Shown: positions 1 through 7,949, counted from the first letter of the stretch. The stretch: 24,211 bases of DNA from Candidatus Iainarchaeum sp. (GCA_017610175.1 JAFCCO010000018.1:1-24211); one strand, 5' to 3'. Numbers and translations: made by a program. Notes: generated from the sequence alone by a model not told the origin.

Positions 1-15
1 ATTTGTTTTTTTTTT

Positions 16-102
16 TGCCTTAAATTCCTATTTTTGTTAATTCTTTAAGCCTAGTTTTTCTTCTTGCCTTAAAGCTTTGCTTTTTTAAATCCATTTAAGG
101 CA
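16..102. repeat. Repeated TGCCTTAAA motif arranged as two tandem inverted pairs upstream of tbp
   Basis: TGCCTTAAA at 16-24 and 65-73; its exact reverse complement TTTAAGGCA at 94-102 and an imperfect TTTAAGCCT at 44-52; spacers of 19 and 20 nt. Confidence 0.6.
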
Positions 103-114
103 GTTTTCCTCCGC

Positions 115-122
115 TTATTATA
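115..122 (+). promoter_or_regulatory. Putative TATA box of tbp
   Basis: TTATTATA ending 29 nt before the ATG at 151, consistent with a leaderless archaeal transcript. Confidence 0.45.
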
Positions 123-150
123 CAGTCACTCTGAAAGGCTGTTTTAGAAA

Positions 151-735
151 ATGAATTATAGAATTGTTAACTTGGTTGCTCTCGCCAACATAAATCACAC
201 GCTGAATTTGTATGATTTGGCTGCTGGAATGAATGAAGTTGAATACGAACCCGAACAGTTCCCCGGAGCTGTTTTAAAACTGCGTAAACCGAAAGTATCC
301 CTGCTGTTGTTTAGAAATGGAAAAATCATAGTTAGCGGGGCAAAGAACGAGAAGGAAATTCTCACCGGGATTAAGAACGCCCTGAAACTAGTCCATAAAA
401 TTCAGCCGGAAGTGAAAATCAGGAGAAAAACCGATTACGAAATCGTAAACATGGTTGCTTCAGCCCGCTTAAACAAAAATCTTGACCTGTTTGAGTTGGC
501 TCTTGAATTGGATAACGTTGAATACGAACCCGAACAGTTCCCCGGGGCTATAATGAAATTAGCTGACCCGAAGTCCAGTTTTTTGCTTTTTCTAAACGGG
601 CAAATGATTTGTGCAGGAGTAAAAAACGAAGGGGATTTGAGAAAAGCGCTGAATAAAACAAGGCGATTGGTAGATGGTGCATTAAAGAAACAAAAAGTGA
701 ATGAACAAATAAATGGAAAGGGTGATAAAAGTTGA
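151..735 (+). CDS. tbp: TATA-box binding protein
   Basis: Two direct repeats, each with IVN(L/M)VA, VEYEPEQFPGA and LLFxNGx(I/M)IxxGxK; 194 aa. Confidence 0.97.
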   Translation: MNYRIVNLVALANINHTLNLYDLAAGMNEVEYEPEQFPGAVLKLRKPKVSLLLFRNGKIIVSGAKNEKEILTGIKNALKLVHKIQPEVKIRRKTDYEIVNMVASARLNKNLDLFELALELDNVEYEPEQFPGAIMKLADPKSSFLLFLNGQMICAGVKNEGDLRKALNKTRRLVDGALKKQKVNEQINGKGDKS

Positions 736-893
736 GGGTAACACAATACACAATCAAGAGACAGAAAACCCCTGCATTGGACCGGGAAAGAAGATGCATG
801 AACTGTGGCAGGATAATCTCGCAACCAGGGGTTGACCTTTACTCAAGAAGGTTTTGCTCGCCTGAATGCAAAGAAGAATACTGCGAAAGGTAG
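732..893 (+). CDS. Small Cys4 zinc-finger protein (TRASH/DUF2116-like), 53 aa, not in ORF track
   Basis: TTG start overlaps the tbp stop (TTGA), with SD-like GGTGA at 721-725; MRVTQYTIKRQKTPALDRERRCMNCGRIISQPGVDLYSRRFCSPECKEEYCER contains CxxCG...FCSxxC. Confidence 0.8.
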   Translation: MRVTQYTIKRQKTPALDRERRCMNCGRIISQPGVDLYSRRFCSPECKEEYCER

Positions 894-901
894 GTGCTTG
901 T

Positions 902-949
902 TGCCAAAAAGGCGTTTTTCCAATTGCTTTTAAAACGCATTTGTTGGCA
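902..949 (+). other. Imperfect stem-loop just after the tbp/Zn-finger operon
   Basis: TGCCAA-AAA-G-GCGTTTT (902-918) pairs with AAAACGC-A-TTT-G-TTGGCA (932-949): 16 pairs, one mismatch, one bulge. Confidence 0.45.
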
Positions 950-975
950 TCAGCCCCAAATTTAATTGTTTCAAG

Positions 976-1010
976 GTTTCACAATTGTGCAACAAAGAAA
1001 CGTTTATAAT
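976..1010 (+). promoter_or_regulatory. Palindromic site plus BRE/TATA of the CBS gene
   Basis: GTTTCACAATTGTGCAAC (976-993, 16/18 palindromic, perfect core CACAATTGTG), then purine-rich AAAGAAA and TTTATAAT (1003-1010), 24 nt before the GTG start. Confidence 0.55.
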
Positions 1011-1033
1011 ATTTTACTACATCATAGGTTTGA

Positions 1034-1471
1034 GTGTTCAAAGTGAAGGTTAAGACTGTTTATAATGAAAATTCTGGCTTTGTTGAAAAGGTTTTGGCAA
1101 GTGATGCTGTTGAAAAGGTCATTGCAGTAATGGGGTCCAATAAAACCACTCGAACTGTTTTTGTGGTTGACGAGGAAGGGAATCTTGTCGGCTTGATAAC
1201 AATCAAAGAAATTTTTGACTGCATATTTAATGAAATGAAACCCAAAATACTAAAACTGTTTAACAAAAAGAAGGACCTGAAAGCAAGAGACATAATGAGA
1301 AGCGCGATATCTGTTTCATTGGACGACGAGTTGGATGATGCCTTGCGTGCGGCAAAAGCGGGTAATATGCAGGATCTCCCTGTCTGCAAGGATGGAAAGG
1401 TTGTGGGGGAGCTTGATTGCTTTGAGCTGTTAGACGGACTGGTCGCGGAAAACAAGGATTACTTTGAATAG
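1034..1471 (+). CDS. CBS-domain pair protein
   Basis: VFVVDEEGNLVGLITIKEI, KARDIM and LPVCKDGKVVGEL are typical CBS motifs. Confidence 0.92.
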   Translation: MFKVKVKTVYNENSGFVEKVLASDAVEKVIAVMGSNKTTRTVFVVDEEGNLVGLITIKEIFDCIFNEMKPKILKLFNKKKDLKARDIMRSAISVSLDDELDDALRAAKAGNMQDLPVCKDGKVVGELDCFELLDGLVAENKDYFE

Positions 1472-2359
1472 TAACCGCGCTTATAATCAAACTGCGTGTT
1501 TTTTAACCAGTTTAATTCAAAATTCCTTCCGGCTTTAATGTCCTGCAGGATGGTTTTCACTTTGTCTGCTGTAATAATTGAGGGCACCAAAACAAACTCT
1601 ATGCCTTCTGCACAAAGCTTTCTTGCGTCATGCACGTCGTGAGCCAAAACAATGAGTTTTACCCCCTTGTTTTTCTGCAGCATCTTTTTGGCCAGAACAA
1701 TGTTCGAATCAACACCCATCACAGTTGAAATAACCGCCTTTGGCTTTACTTTCAAAATGAAATCAATTGTTTCCAGATCAGATACATCCCCGTAAAGGGT
1801 GTGAAACTTTAGCTTGCTTGCCTCCTTTAATGCCCTCGGATCAAAATCGACAACCAAAACATCTCTTTCACTTATTTTCCCGTCACAAAAAATTCTTTTT
1901 CCGGTATTGCCAAAGCCCAAGCAAACAACAAAGTAATTTTTGTCATCAGCCATGTGCAGGGAGTCTGTAAAGAACCTTTTGCTTCGCAAGAAAGGCAAAA
2001 AACCGGACAGGCAGCCATACAGTTTGTTATTGTATATTACCAAATAGGTGGAAGCGCTAATTGTTGCAACCGCAACCAAGGTTATTATTGAAACAACTTC
2101 GCTGGAAACATGCCCCACCTTTGTCCCCAAAAAGATAAGTATTAGCAAAAACTCGGAGGGATGCTATTGAAACTCCCGCCAAAAAAGCCCCAATCTCTTT
2201 GGAAAAACCAAAAAAAATGGCCACCGCAGAAAAAGCAAAGCACCAGGAAATGGCTCCGAGGAAAAGCAGCTCCTGGCTGGCAGAAAGGGAATCAAATATT
2301 TTTTTAACCAAAAACGTTGATGCAATGAAAAACAGCAAAAAGTATGTAGAAAAAGGCAA
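1459..2359 (-). pseudogene. Kef-type K+/H+ antiporter (CPA2 + TrkA-N/RCK) remnant, 5'-truncated with an internal frameshifting deletion
   Basis: Fragment ELLFLGAISWCF...EIGAFLAGVSIASL joins out of frame at about 2155-2157 to SEFLLILIFLG... and an RCK domain (GFGNTG, VVDFDP, YGDVSD); N-terminal TM helices absent. Confidence 0.85.
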
Positions 2360-2419
2360 ATAGGTTGTCTTTGATTCCGCAAAAAACTATACAGATGCGA
2401 TTTGCTTCGGGTTTAAAAA

Positions 2420-2778
2420 TCACTTTGCCAGAATTAATTTGGAGTATTTTACATTCTCATTATTTGTCCTGCATCCCCTTTTAACACAAAGACTTCCAGA
2501 CAACTAGTATCAGTAATACAGCTGTGAAGCTGGGATTTTAAAATGTTCCCAAAGGCATGTTTAAGTTTGGTTATTTCAGGCTCGTCTTTTTTAAAGTGAA
2601 TGACAACAAAAACCGCATCAACAATTCCCTTTAATTCATTAAACTGCTCCGCTTCTTCAACAAGAGAGGCGAGTGCAACCCGAAACATTTCACTCCGTCC
2701 CTTAAACCCAAGTTGTTTTCCGGCACGTTCAACATCCTTAAGAAATTCTTCCGAAATTGAAATGCTCACAATAGACAT
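2420..2778 (-). pseudogene. nikR: NikR-family (RHH + ACT) metal regulator with damaged C-terminus (ORF 2449-2778; native-looking tail in another frame to 2420)
   Basis: MSIVSISI...GFKGRSEMFR RHH domain; KH...QLHSC...CLEVFVLKGD metal domain; stops at IMRM*, while NVKYSKLILAK* lies at 2455-2420 in a shifted frame. May still be translated as a truncated protein. Confidence 0.75.
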
Positions 2779-2814
2779 AAAAAAACCTTATTAAAAATCA
2801 ACAGAAAAAACACC

Positions 2815-2848
2815 AAAAGTTATTAATTTTTTAGTAAAAGTTATTAAA
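2815..2848. promoter_or_regulatory. Divergent nikR/znuA promoter with 12-bp direct repeat
   Basis: AAAAGTTATTAA at 2815-2826 and 2836-2847 (21-bp period); the second copy sits at the BRE/TATA position about 27 nt before the znuA ATG; imperfect dyad TTATTAA-N4-TTAGTAA at 2820-2837. Confidence 0.55.
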
Positions 2849-2873
2849 AAGTCTTTGTTTTTAAATTTGTTAA

Positions 2874-3773
2874 ATGAATAAAAAAAGCCCGATTCTTATT
2901 TTATTGCTGGCCTTGCTTTTGAGTGCAAGCGGTTGTATCCAAAGCCAAGAATCTGAAACAGAAAAAATCAATGCAGTGGTAAGCATTCTGCCGCAAAAAG
3001 AATTTGTAAGAGAAGTCGGAAAAGACAAAGTGAATGTTCAAGAGCTTATTCCGCCGGGAGCCAGCCCCGCCACCTATAACCCAAAACCAAGTGAGCTCGC
3101 AAGCGTTGAAAATGCAAAAATTTATTTCAGAATTGGGTTACTTCCATTTGAAGAAGCCCACGCTGAAACATTCAGAGGACTTAATCCAGATATGAAAATT
3201 GTGAGCGCTTTCGATGTTGTTGAACTAAGGCACTTTGGTGAATGGGAAGAACATGGCGGTGAAGCAGAACACGGACATGACGGGAAAAAGATTGACCCGC
3301 ATATCTGGCTTTCTCCGGAAAATGCCAAAAAGCACGTTGAACAAATTTACCGGTCCCTTGCTGAAATTGATCCGAAAAACCAAAAGTACTACCGAAAAAA
3401 TGCCGATGATTACCTTGTCAGGCTTAAAGCACTAGACCGGGAGCTCAAACAAAATTTTTCCAACATTAAAACAGAAAACATCATGGTTTTTCATCCCTCC
3501 TGGGGCTATCTGACGGATGCTTACGGCTTAAAACAAATTGCAATCGAACAATCAGGCAAAGACCCAACTGCAAAAGGATTGGCGGGACTGGTGGGCTTTG
3601 CAAAAGAAAACAATGTAAAAGTCATTTTTGTCCAAAAACAGTTTAGCACGCAAAGCGCTGAAGCGCTGGCCGCAGAGATTGGAGCGGCAGTAGTCCAAAT
3701 TGACCCGCTTGCAGAAAACTATTTGGAAAACCTAAGCAAAATAGGGAAAGAAATTGCCAAAAGGCTTTCCTAA
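2874..3773 (+). CDS. znuA: Zn/Mn ABC transporter substrate-binding lipoprotein (ZnuA/TroA family)
   Basis: Lipobox-like LLSASGC, PPGASPATY, His/Glu-rich loop, DPHIWLS, FHPSWGY, IDPL. Confidence 0.93.
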   Translation: MNKKSPILILLLALLLSASGCIQSQESETEKINAVVSILPQKEFVREVGKDKVNVQELIPPGASPATYNPKPSELASVENAKIYFRIGLLPFEEAHAETFRGLNPDMKIVSAFDVVELRHFGEWEEHGGEAEHGHDGKKIDPHIWLSPENAKKHVEQIYRSLAEIDPKNQKYYRKNADDYLVRLKALDRELKQNFSNIKTENIMVFHPSWGYLTDAYGLKQIAIEQSGKDPTAKGLAGLVGFAKENNVKVIFVQKQFSTQSAEALAAEIGAAVVQIDPLAENYLENLSKIGKEIAKRLS

Positions 3774-3808
3774 AAAGGAATAAAAAAAGATTCTGCTTTT
3801 GTGATACT

Positions 3809-4513
3809 ATGGTAAAAAAAGAAATCATTTCCCTAGAAAATGTTTCGTTCGGTTATTCAAACAAATCATTTCTTGAAAACATTAATCTAAAAATTTTTGA
3901 AAAAGATTTTATTGGAATTGCTGGCCCGAACGGGGGCGGAAAAACCACTTTAATAAAATTGATTCTTGGACTGCTTAAACCAAAAAGCGGCAAAATTGTT
4001 CTTTTTGGAAAAAACCCAAAAAAAGGAAGGCAGAAAATCGGGTATCTCTCCCAGTATGATAATGTTGACCTGGATTTTCCTGCAACCGCCATGGAAATAG
4101 TTCTCTTGGGACGAATCGAAAAAACGCTCATCAAATTCTTTTCAAAAGAAGATAGAAAAATCGCAGAAAAATTTTTGAAAAAAATGGGTGTCTGGGACCT
4201 GAGGGAAAGAAAACTGAACGAGCTGTCAGGAGGGGAAAAACAACGGGTTTTTATTGCAAAAGCGCTTGCCACAGAACCCCAAGCACTTATTTTGGATGAG
4301 CCCCTGTCAAATGTGGATGTTGGAGCAAGAGAAGAACTGTTTGAACTGCTTAAAGAGCTTAACAAAAGCATTGCCATAATCGTTGTTGACCACAACATTG
4401 AAATTCTTTCAAAATATTCAAAAGAAATTGTCTGTGTAAATAAATGTGTTGAAAAAGGCGCAAAATACCATGCTATCACAAGAGTATGCGGCAAAGCAAA
4501 GATGGTGTATTAA
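3809..4513 (+). CDS. znuC: Zn/Mn ABC transporter ATP-binding protein
   Basis: Walker A GPNGGGKTT, LSGGEKQRV signature, ILDEP; operon context. Confidence 0.93.
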   Translation: MVKKEIISLENVSFGYSNKSFLENINLKIFEKDFIGIAGPNGGGKTTLIKLILGLLKPKSGKIVLFGKNPKKGRQKIGYLSQYDNVDLDFPATAMEIVLLGRIEKTLIKFFSKEDRKIAEKFLKKMGVWDLRERKLNELSGGEKQRVFIAKALATEPQALILDEPLSNVDVGAREELFELLKELNKSIAIIVVDHNIEILSKYSKEIVCVNKCVEKGAKYHAITRVCGKAKMVY

Positions 4514-5328
4514 TGGTTTTAGAGGCACTGCAATACACTTTTTTCCAAAATGCCCTAGCAGCGGCTTTTCTTGTTTCCATAGCCAGCGGAATAATTGGAA
4601 CATATATTGTGGTAAAAAGAATGTCTCTTGTGTCAGGAAGCATAGCCCACACAGTCTTTGGCGGGCTTGGATTAAGCTATTATCTTGGAACAAACCCATT
4701 GCTTGGAGCAACATTTTTCAGCCTTATTGCAGCAACATTTGTAACGCTAATCCGAAAACACGCCAGAAACAGGATGGATGCGCTTTTGAGCGCGCTTTGG
4801 TCTGTGGGAATGGCAACCGGCCTGATTTTCATTTTTATTACCGAAGGTTATGCAACAGATTTGTTTACTTTTCTCTTTGGAAACATACTGCTAGTGAACT
4901 CTTCTGACCTGCTGCTTATTTTTGCACTAGACTTTGTGGTGGTTACTGCAACGCTTGTGTTCTACAATGTTTTTATGGCAATAACCTTTGATGAGGAAAG
5001 TGCAGAAATAAGAAACGTCCCGGTAACGCTGGCATATTTCATCCTATTCAGCCTTATAGCACTAACAATTGTAATGGTAATAAAAGTTGTGGGAATAATC
5101 CTAATGATTGCACTGCTTACAATGCCTGCAGCAACTGCCCACCTATTCAACAAGACAATAAAATCAATAATGTTTTGGGCATTTGCTTTAACGCTTATTG
5201 CCACAGTAGGGGGGCTTTTTGCATCATTTGCTTTGGACTTCCCAACCGGTCCGATAATAATACTTTTTGCTGCAGCGATGTACTTTGGTGGAATGCTAGT
5301 TCACTGCATCCGGCCAACAAAGCAGTAA
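4513..5328 (+). CDS. znuB: Zn/Mn ABC transporter permease (ABC-3)
   Basis: GTYIVVKRMS, IAH, FLFGNIL, FDEE, VVGIIL..ALL..PAA, PTGP; start moved to ATG 4513 (TAATG overlap with znuC stop). Confidence 0.93.
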   Translation: MVLEALQYTFFQNALAAAFLVSIASGIIGTYIVVKRMSLVSGSIAHTVFGGLGLSYYLGTNPLLGATFFSLIAATFVTLIRKHARNRMDALLSALWSVGMATGLIFIFITEGYATDLFTFLFGNILLVNSSDLLLIFALDFVVVTATLVFYNVFMAITFDEESAEIRNVPVTLAYFILFSLIALTIVMVIKVVGIILMIALLTMPAATAHLFNKTIKSIMFWAFALTLIATVGGLFASFALDFPTGPIIILFAAAMYFGGMLVHCIRPTKQ

Positions 5329-5494
5329 CCCCCACACATTACAACAGAGAATAATTAGGTTGATGCCATTGCTCTTTAGGGATAATACTAATTAAATCTG
5401 TGTCAAAACAGTTTGTAAGCGAAGTTCAAATTTAAATTATTGGAGCCTAAGTTAAAGAAATTAAGCTATGTTTTAATAGCAATGTTTGAACCGC

Positions 5495-5905
5495 TTAATT
5501 CAAGGAATTAATAACATCGGTTACTTCACTGACTTGGATTAACAGTTCTTCAAGCCTTGCATCTATTGAACCAAATTCAGTTCTCAACGTTTTTCTGTTG
5601 TTGTACGCCCAAGCAAATGTTTCCCCTTTTGTCATAGCAGAGTCATTTCCACCCACTAAAATGCCCAACCCATCTTCAACAACTTTAGCACTTGCTTCCT
5701 GTTCCAGCGCAGTTTTTTCCTGCTTTCAGGCATCTGCTTCCGAAGGCTACTGTGGCTGGGCATAAGGCACTCTGTAATTCGGATCGTAGGCGCCATATCC
5801 CTCTATAGGGTAAGCTCCATAAACTTGTCCAGGCACGCCTGTTGCGTAAAAGCGCCGCCTGAAGCCTCTTCCGAATCCGCATCCAAAGCCCCCTGCCAAA
5901 ACCTT
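5495..5905 (-). pseudogene. DUF5320-like Gly/Arg-rich protein relic fused in frame to an unrelated-looking C-terminal fragment
   Basis: GGFGCGFGRGFRRRFYATGVPG...YAQPQ*PSEADA*KQEKTALEQEA then SAKVVEDG...DVINSLN*; two in-frame stops, a probable extra G in a G-run near 5890, no N-terminus. Confidence 0.7.
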
Positions 5906-5973
5906 CTTTTCCCCGGTTTGTCTTTCACTTTAATTGAATAAAGGTACTGAAAGAAACTTTTAAAGTGTTTTCT

Positions 5974-5999
5974 GAACCCTTTTGGCGGGGTTCTTTTTT
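5974..5999 (+). terminator. Hairpin plus T-tract, terminator-like
   Basis: GAACCCT-TTTGGC-GGGGTTC followed by TTTTTT; no intact + strand gene directly upstream. Confidence 0.3.
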
Positions 6000-6186
6000 A
6001 ACAACTGCTGGCAGGCTTCCAATTTTTGGGTTCGGAAAAAGGCAATCAACATCTGTTTCAGCAACCCCTCCTTAATAAAATATCGCCCTAAAATAATTAC
6101 AATCTGACAGTTTATTTAAACATTTTCATGCAATCTTTTTGTGGAAAAACCAAAAAAAAGGATTTGAATGGCGGGTTTGAAGTAAA

Positions 6187-6765
6187 ATGCTAAAAGAGGG
6201 AGCAATTGCAGGATTGCGACAGGCAGTGACAAACTGCAGGCGCTGCGACTTGTGGAAAACGAGAAACAACTCTGTTTTGGGTGAAGGCAACCTGGATGCC
6301 AAAATATTGTTCGTTGGCGAAGCACCGGGCTTTAATGAAGACAAACAAGGCAAGCCATTTGTTGGAAAAGCAGGAATGGTATTTGACAAGCTCTTGGACT
6401 TTGCCAACCTGAAAAGGGAGGAAATTTACATTACAAACGTTTTGAAATGCAGGCCTCCTCAAAACAGGAACCCGTTTCCAGGTGAAGTCAAAGCCTGCTC
6501 GCTGTATCTCAACAGCCAAATTGAAGCAATCAAGCCAGACAAAATTTGTGCCCTTGGAAACTTTGCCACCTCATTCATCCTGAAAAAATTTGGCTTGCAG
6601 AACAAGGTTGCAGGAATAAGCAGAATCCACGGAAAGACTTTTACTGTGTCAACCCTTGCAGATCCAATAAAAATAATTCCATTATACCATCCGGCCGTAG
6701 CAACCTATGACCCCGCAATGCTTGAACCGCTCAAAAAAGACTTTTCCCTTCTAAAGGAAACCTAA
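6187..6765 (+). CDS. udg: Family-4 uracil-DNA glycosylase (4Fe-4S)
   Basis: CRRCDL, GEAPG, PFVGKAG, TNVLKCRPPQNR, YHPA. Confidence 0.96.
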   Translation: MLKEGAIAGLRQAVTNCRRCDLWKTRNNSVLGEGNLDAKILFVGEAPGFNEDKQGKPFVGKAGMVFDKLLDFANLKREEIYITNVLKCRPPQNRNPFPGEVKACSLYLNSQIEAIKPDKICALGNFATSFILKKFGLQNKVAGISRIHGKTFTVSTLADPIKIIPLYHPAVATYDPAMLEPLKKDFSLLKET

Positions 6766-6843
6766 AAACAGGCCTGTTCATAAAACCTTTTCATTGCGCA
6801 AACCTGAAACCACCTGCGTTCCACAGGCAAAAAACCTTTTCAC

Positions 6844-7497
6844 TCAAAACTCAAAGGCTTTTTCTGCAGCGCATTCAACAAAAGCCTTTGGAAAAAGCCG
6901 CCTTATTTTTTCTTTTTGCTGTGTGCAGTGCGTTGCCGCAATAACCCTTATTTCCTTAAGAGCTTCAAATTTTTTAAAGTCATTGAACCCACCGACAACT
7001 GCATGAATTTCCCAAAATTCCCCTGCCTTTTCCAAAATCTTTTCTAAGCAGGGATGGGAGCAGCTTGCCAAAACAACAACTCCCCTCTTTGTTTCAATTG
7101 CAAGGCTTTGCTCATCAATTGAATTTTTCAGCTTTCCGATCGAATGGATTTTTGGCGCGATTTCTACTGTCGAATCGCCAACTTCCACCAATTCTGCATT
7201 TCTTTTAATAAGCTCTTTCATATTCTGAAAAAAAGAATCAACCGCAAAAACTTCTAGGTTTTGGTTTTGCAGAGCCCAATCCAGGTCGCCTGTATGGCCC
7301 CAGTGGTCATGTGATAAAACAGGCTTGCCAATGCTTTCGGCGTTTATTCCCATCTTTTTTGCATTGAACTCCAGAATCCCTGCACTTGGACCTGTATCAA
7401 ACAAAATCTTCTCTTCCAGTTCAATCAGGCAGGAAAAGTCCCACTCTACTTTAAAGCCAGCTTTGGCCTGATTGTCAACCAAAATTTTTAGCTTCAT
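6844..7497 (-). CDS. MBL-fold metallo-hydrolase (COG1237-like) with degenerate motifs; probably inactive
   Basis: ILVDN, ILFDTG, LSHDHWGHTG, CSHP, VVGGF, HCT; several normally conserved residues substituted; start may be 7497 or 7506. Confidence 0.8.
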   Translation of the reverse strand: MKLKILVDNQAKAGFKVEWDFSCLIELEEKILFDTGPSAGILEFNAKKMGINAESIGKPVLSHDHWGHTGDLDWALQNQNLEVFAVDSFFQNMKELIKRNAELVEVGDSTVEIAPKIHSIGKLKNSIDEQSLAIETKRGVVVLASCSHPCLEKILEKAGEFWEIHAVVGGFNDFKKFEALKEIRVIAATHCTQQKEKIRRLFPKAFVECAAEKAFEF

Positions 7498-7510
7498 TTT
7501 TCCCATATTT

Positions 7511-7680
7511 TTATTCAAACAAAAATTTTATGGCAAGCATTAATAACATGCCGGTCAAAAACGCAATGAAATGCATTACCAATTTTTTAACGCTTTCTTT
7601 ATGTTTAATTTCAGGAATCAGATCCGATGAGGCAATGTAAACAAAGTTTCCGGCAGCAAAAGGCAAAAGCAAAACAATGC
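7511..7680 (-). pseudogene. ZIP-family metal transporter, C-terminal fragment only
   Basis: LLPFAAGNFVYIASSDLIPEIKH...FLTGMLLML matches the last two TM helices of ZIP/ZupT proteins; upstream sequence is unrelated. Confidence 0.85.
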
Positions 7681-7889
7681 TGACAGAAATAATCAAGGAA
7701 CTCGGTTTAGAGGAAAAGACTGAATTCAAACAAAATTGGAACTACTTAAAGCCCTTGTTTGGGTTTGTCAGCTCAAGAAAAGCCTCAAATTACAAAACCA
7801 ACATCGCACTTGAATATGAATACAGAGTAGCAAAAAAGCAAGCAGATGAAGAAAAAGGCAAAATCAGGCCCTTAATCGATTTTGAATAA
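7677..7889 (+). other. Unknown 70-codon ORF, probably the C-terminal fragment of a truncated gene
   Basis: Protein-like charged composition and codon usage; its ATG lies at the junction with the antisense ZIP fragment and has no promoter. Confidence 0.45.
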
Positions 7890-7898
7890 ACCATAAAC

Positions 7899-7949
7899 TT
7901 TTAACCAATCATCGCCATACGATGGCATAGGCAATGATGAGGTTAACAC
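7899..7949 (+). repeat. Direct-repeat copy of the C/D sRNA promoter and 5' end (candidate attL)
   Basis: Ungapped match 39/51 to 16629-16679; perfect 22-bp core TAGGCAATGATGAGGTTAACAC at 7928-7949 = 16658-16679. Confidence 0.9.

Noticed and set aside
713-835. ATG-713 ORF, and the ACACAAT tandem (741-754) as a frameshift in the Zn-finger gene
   Set aside because: An in-frame TTG at 732 with SD and stop overlap gives an intact gene without invoking a frameshift
5956-6075. Short minus-strand ORFs after a GGAGG near 6067-6071
   Set aside because: Short, no recognisable motif, and no way to support coding status
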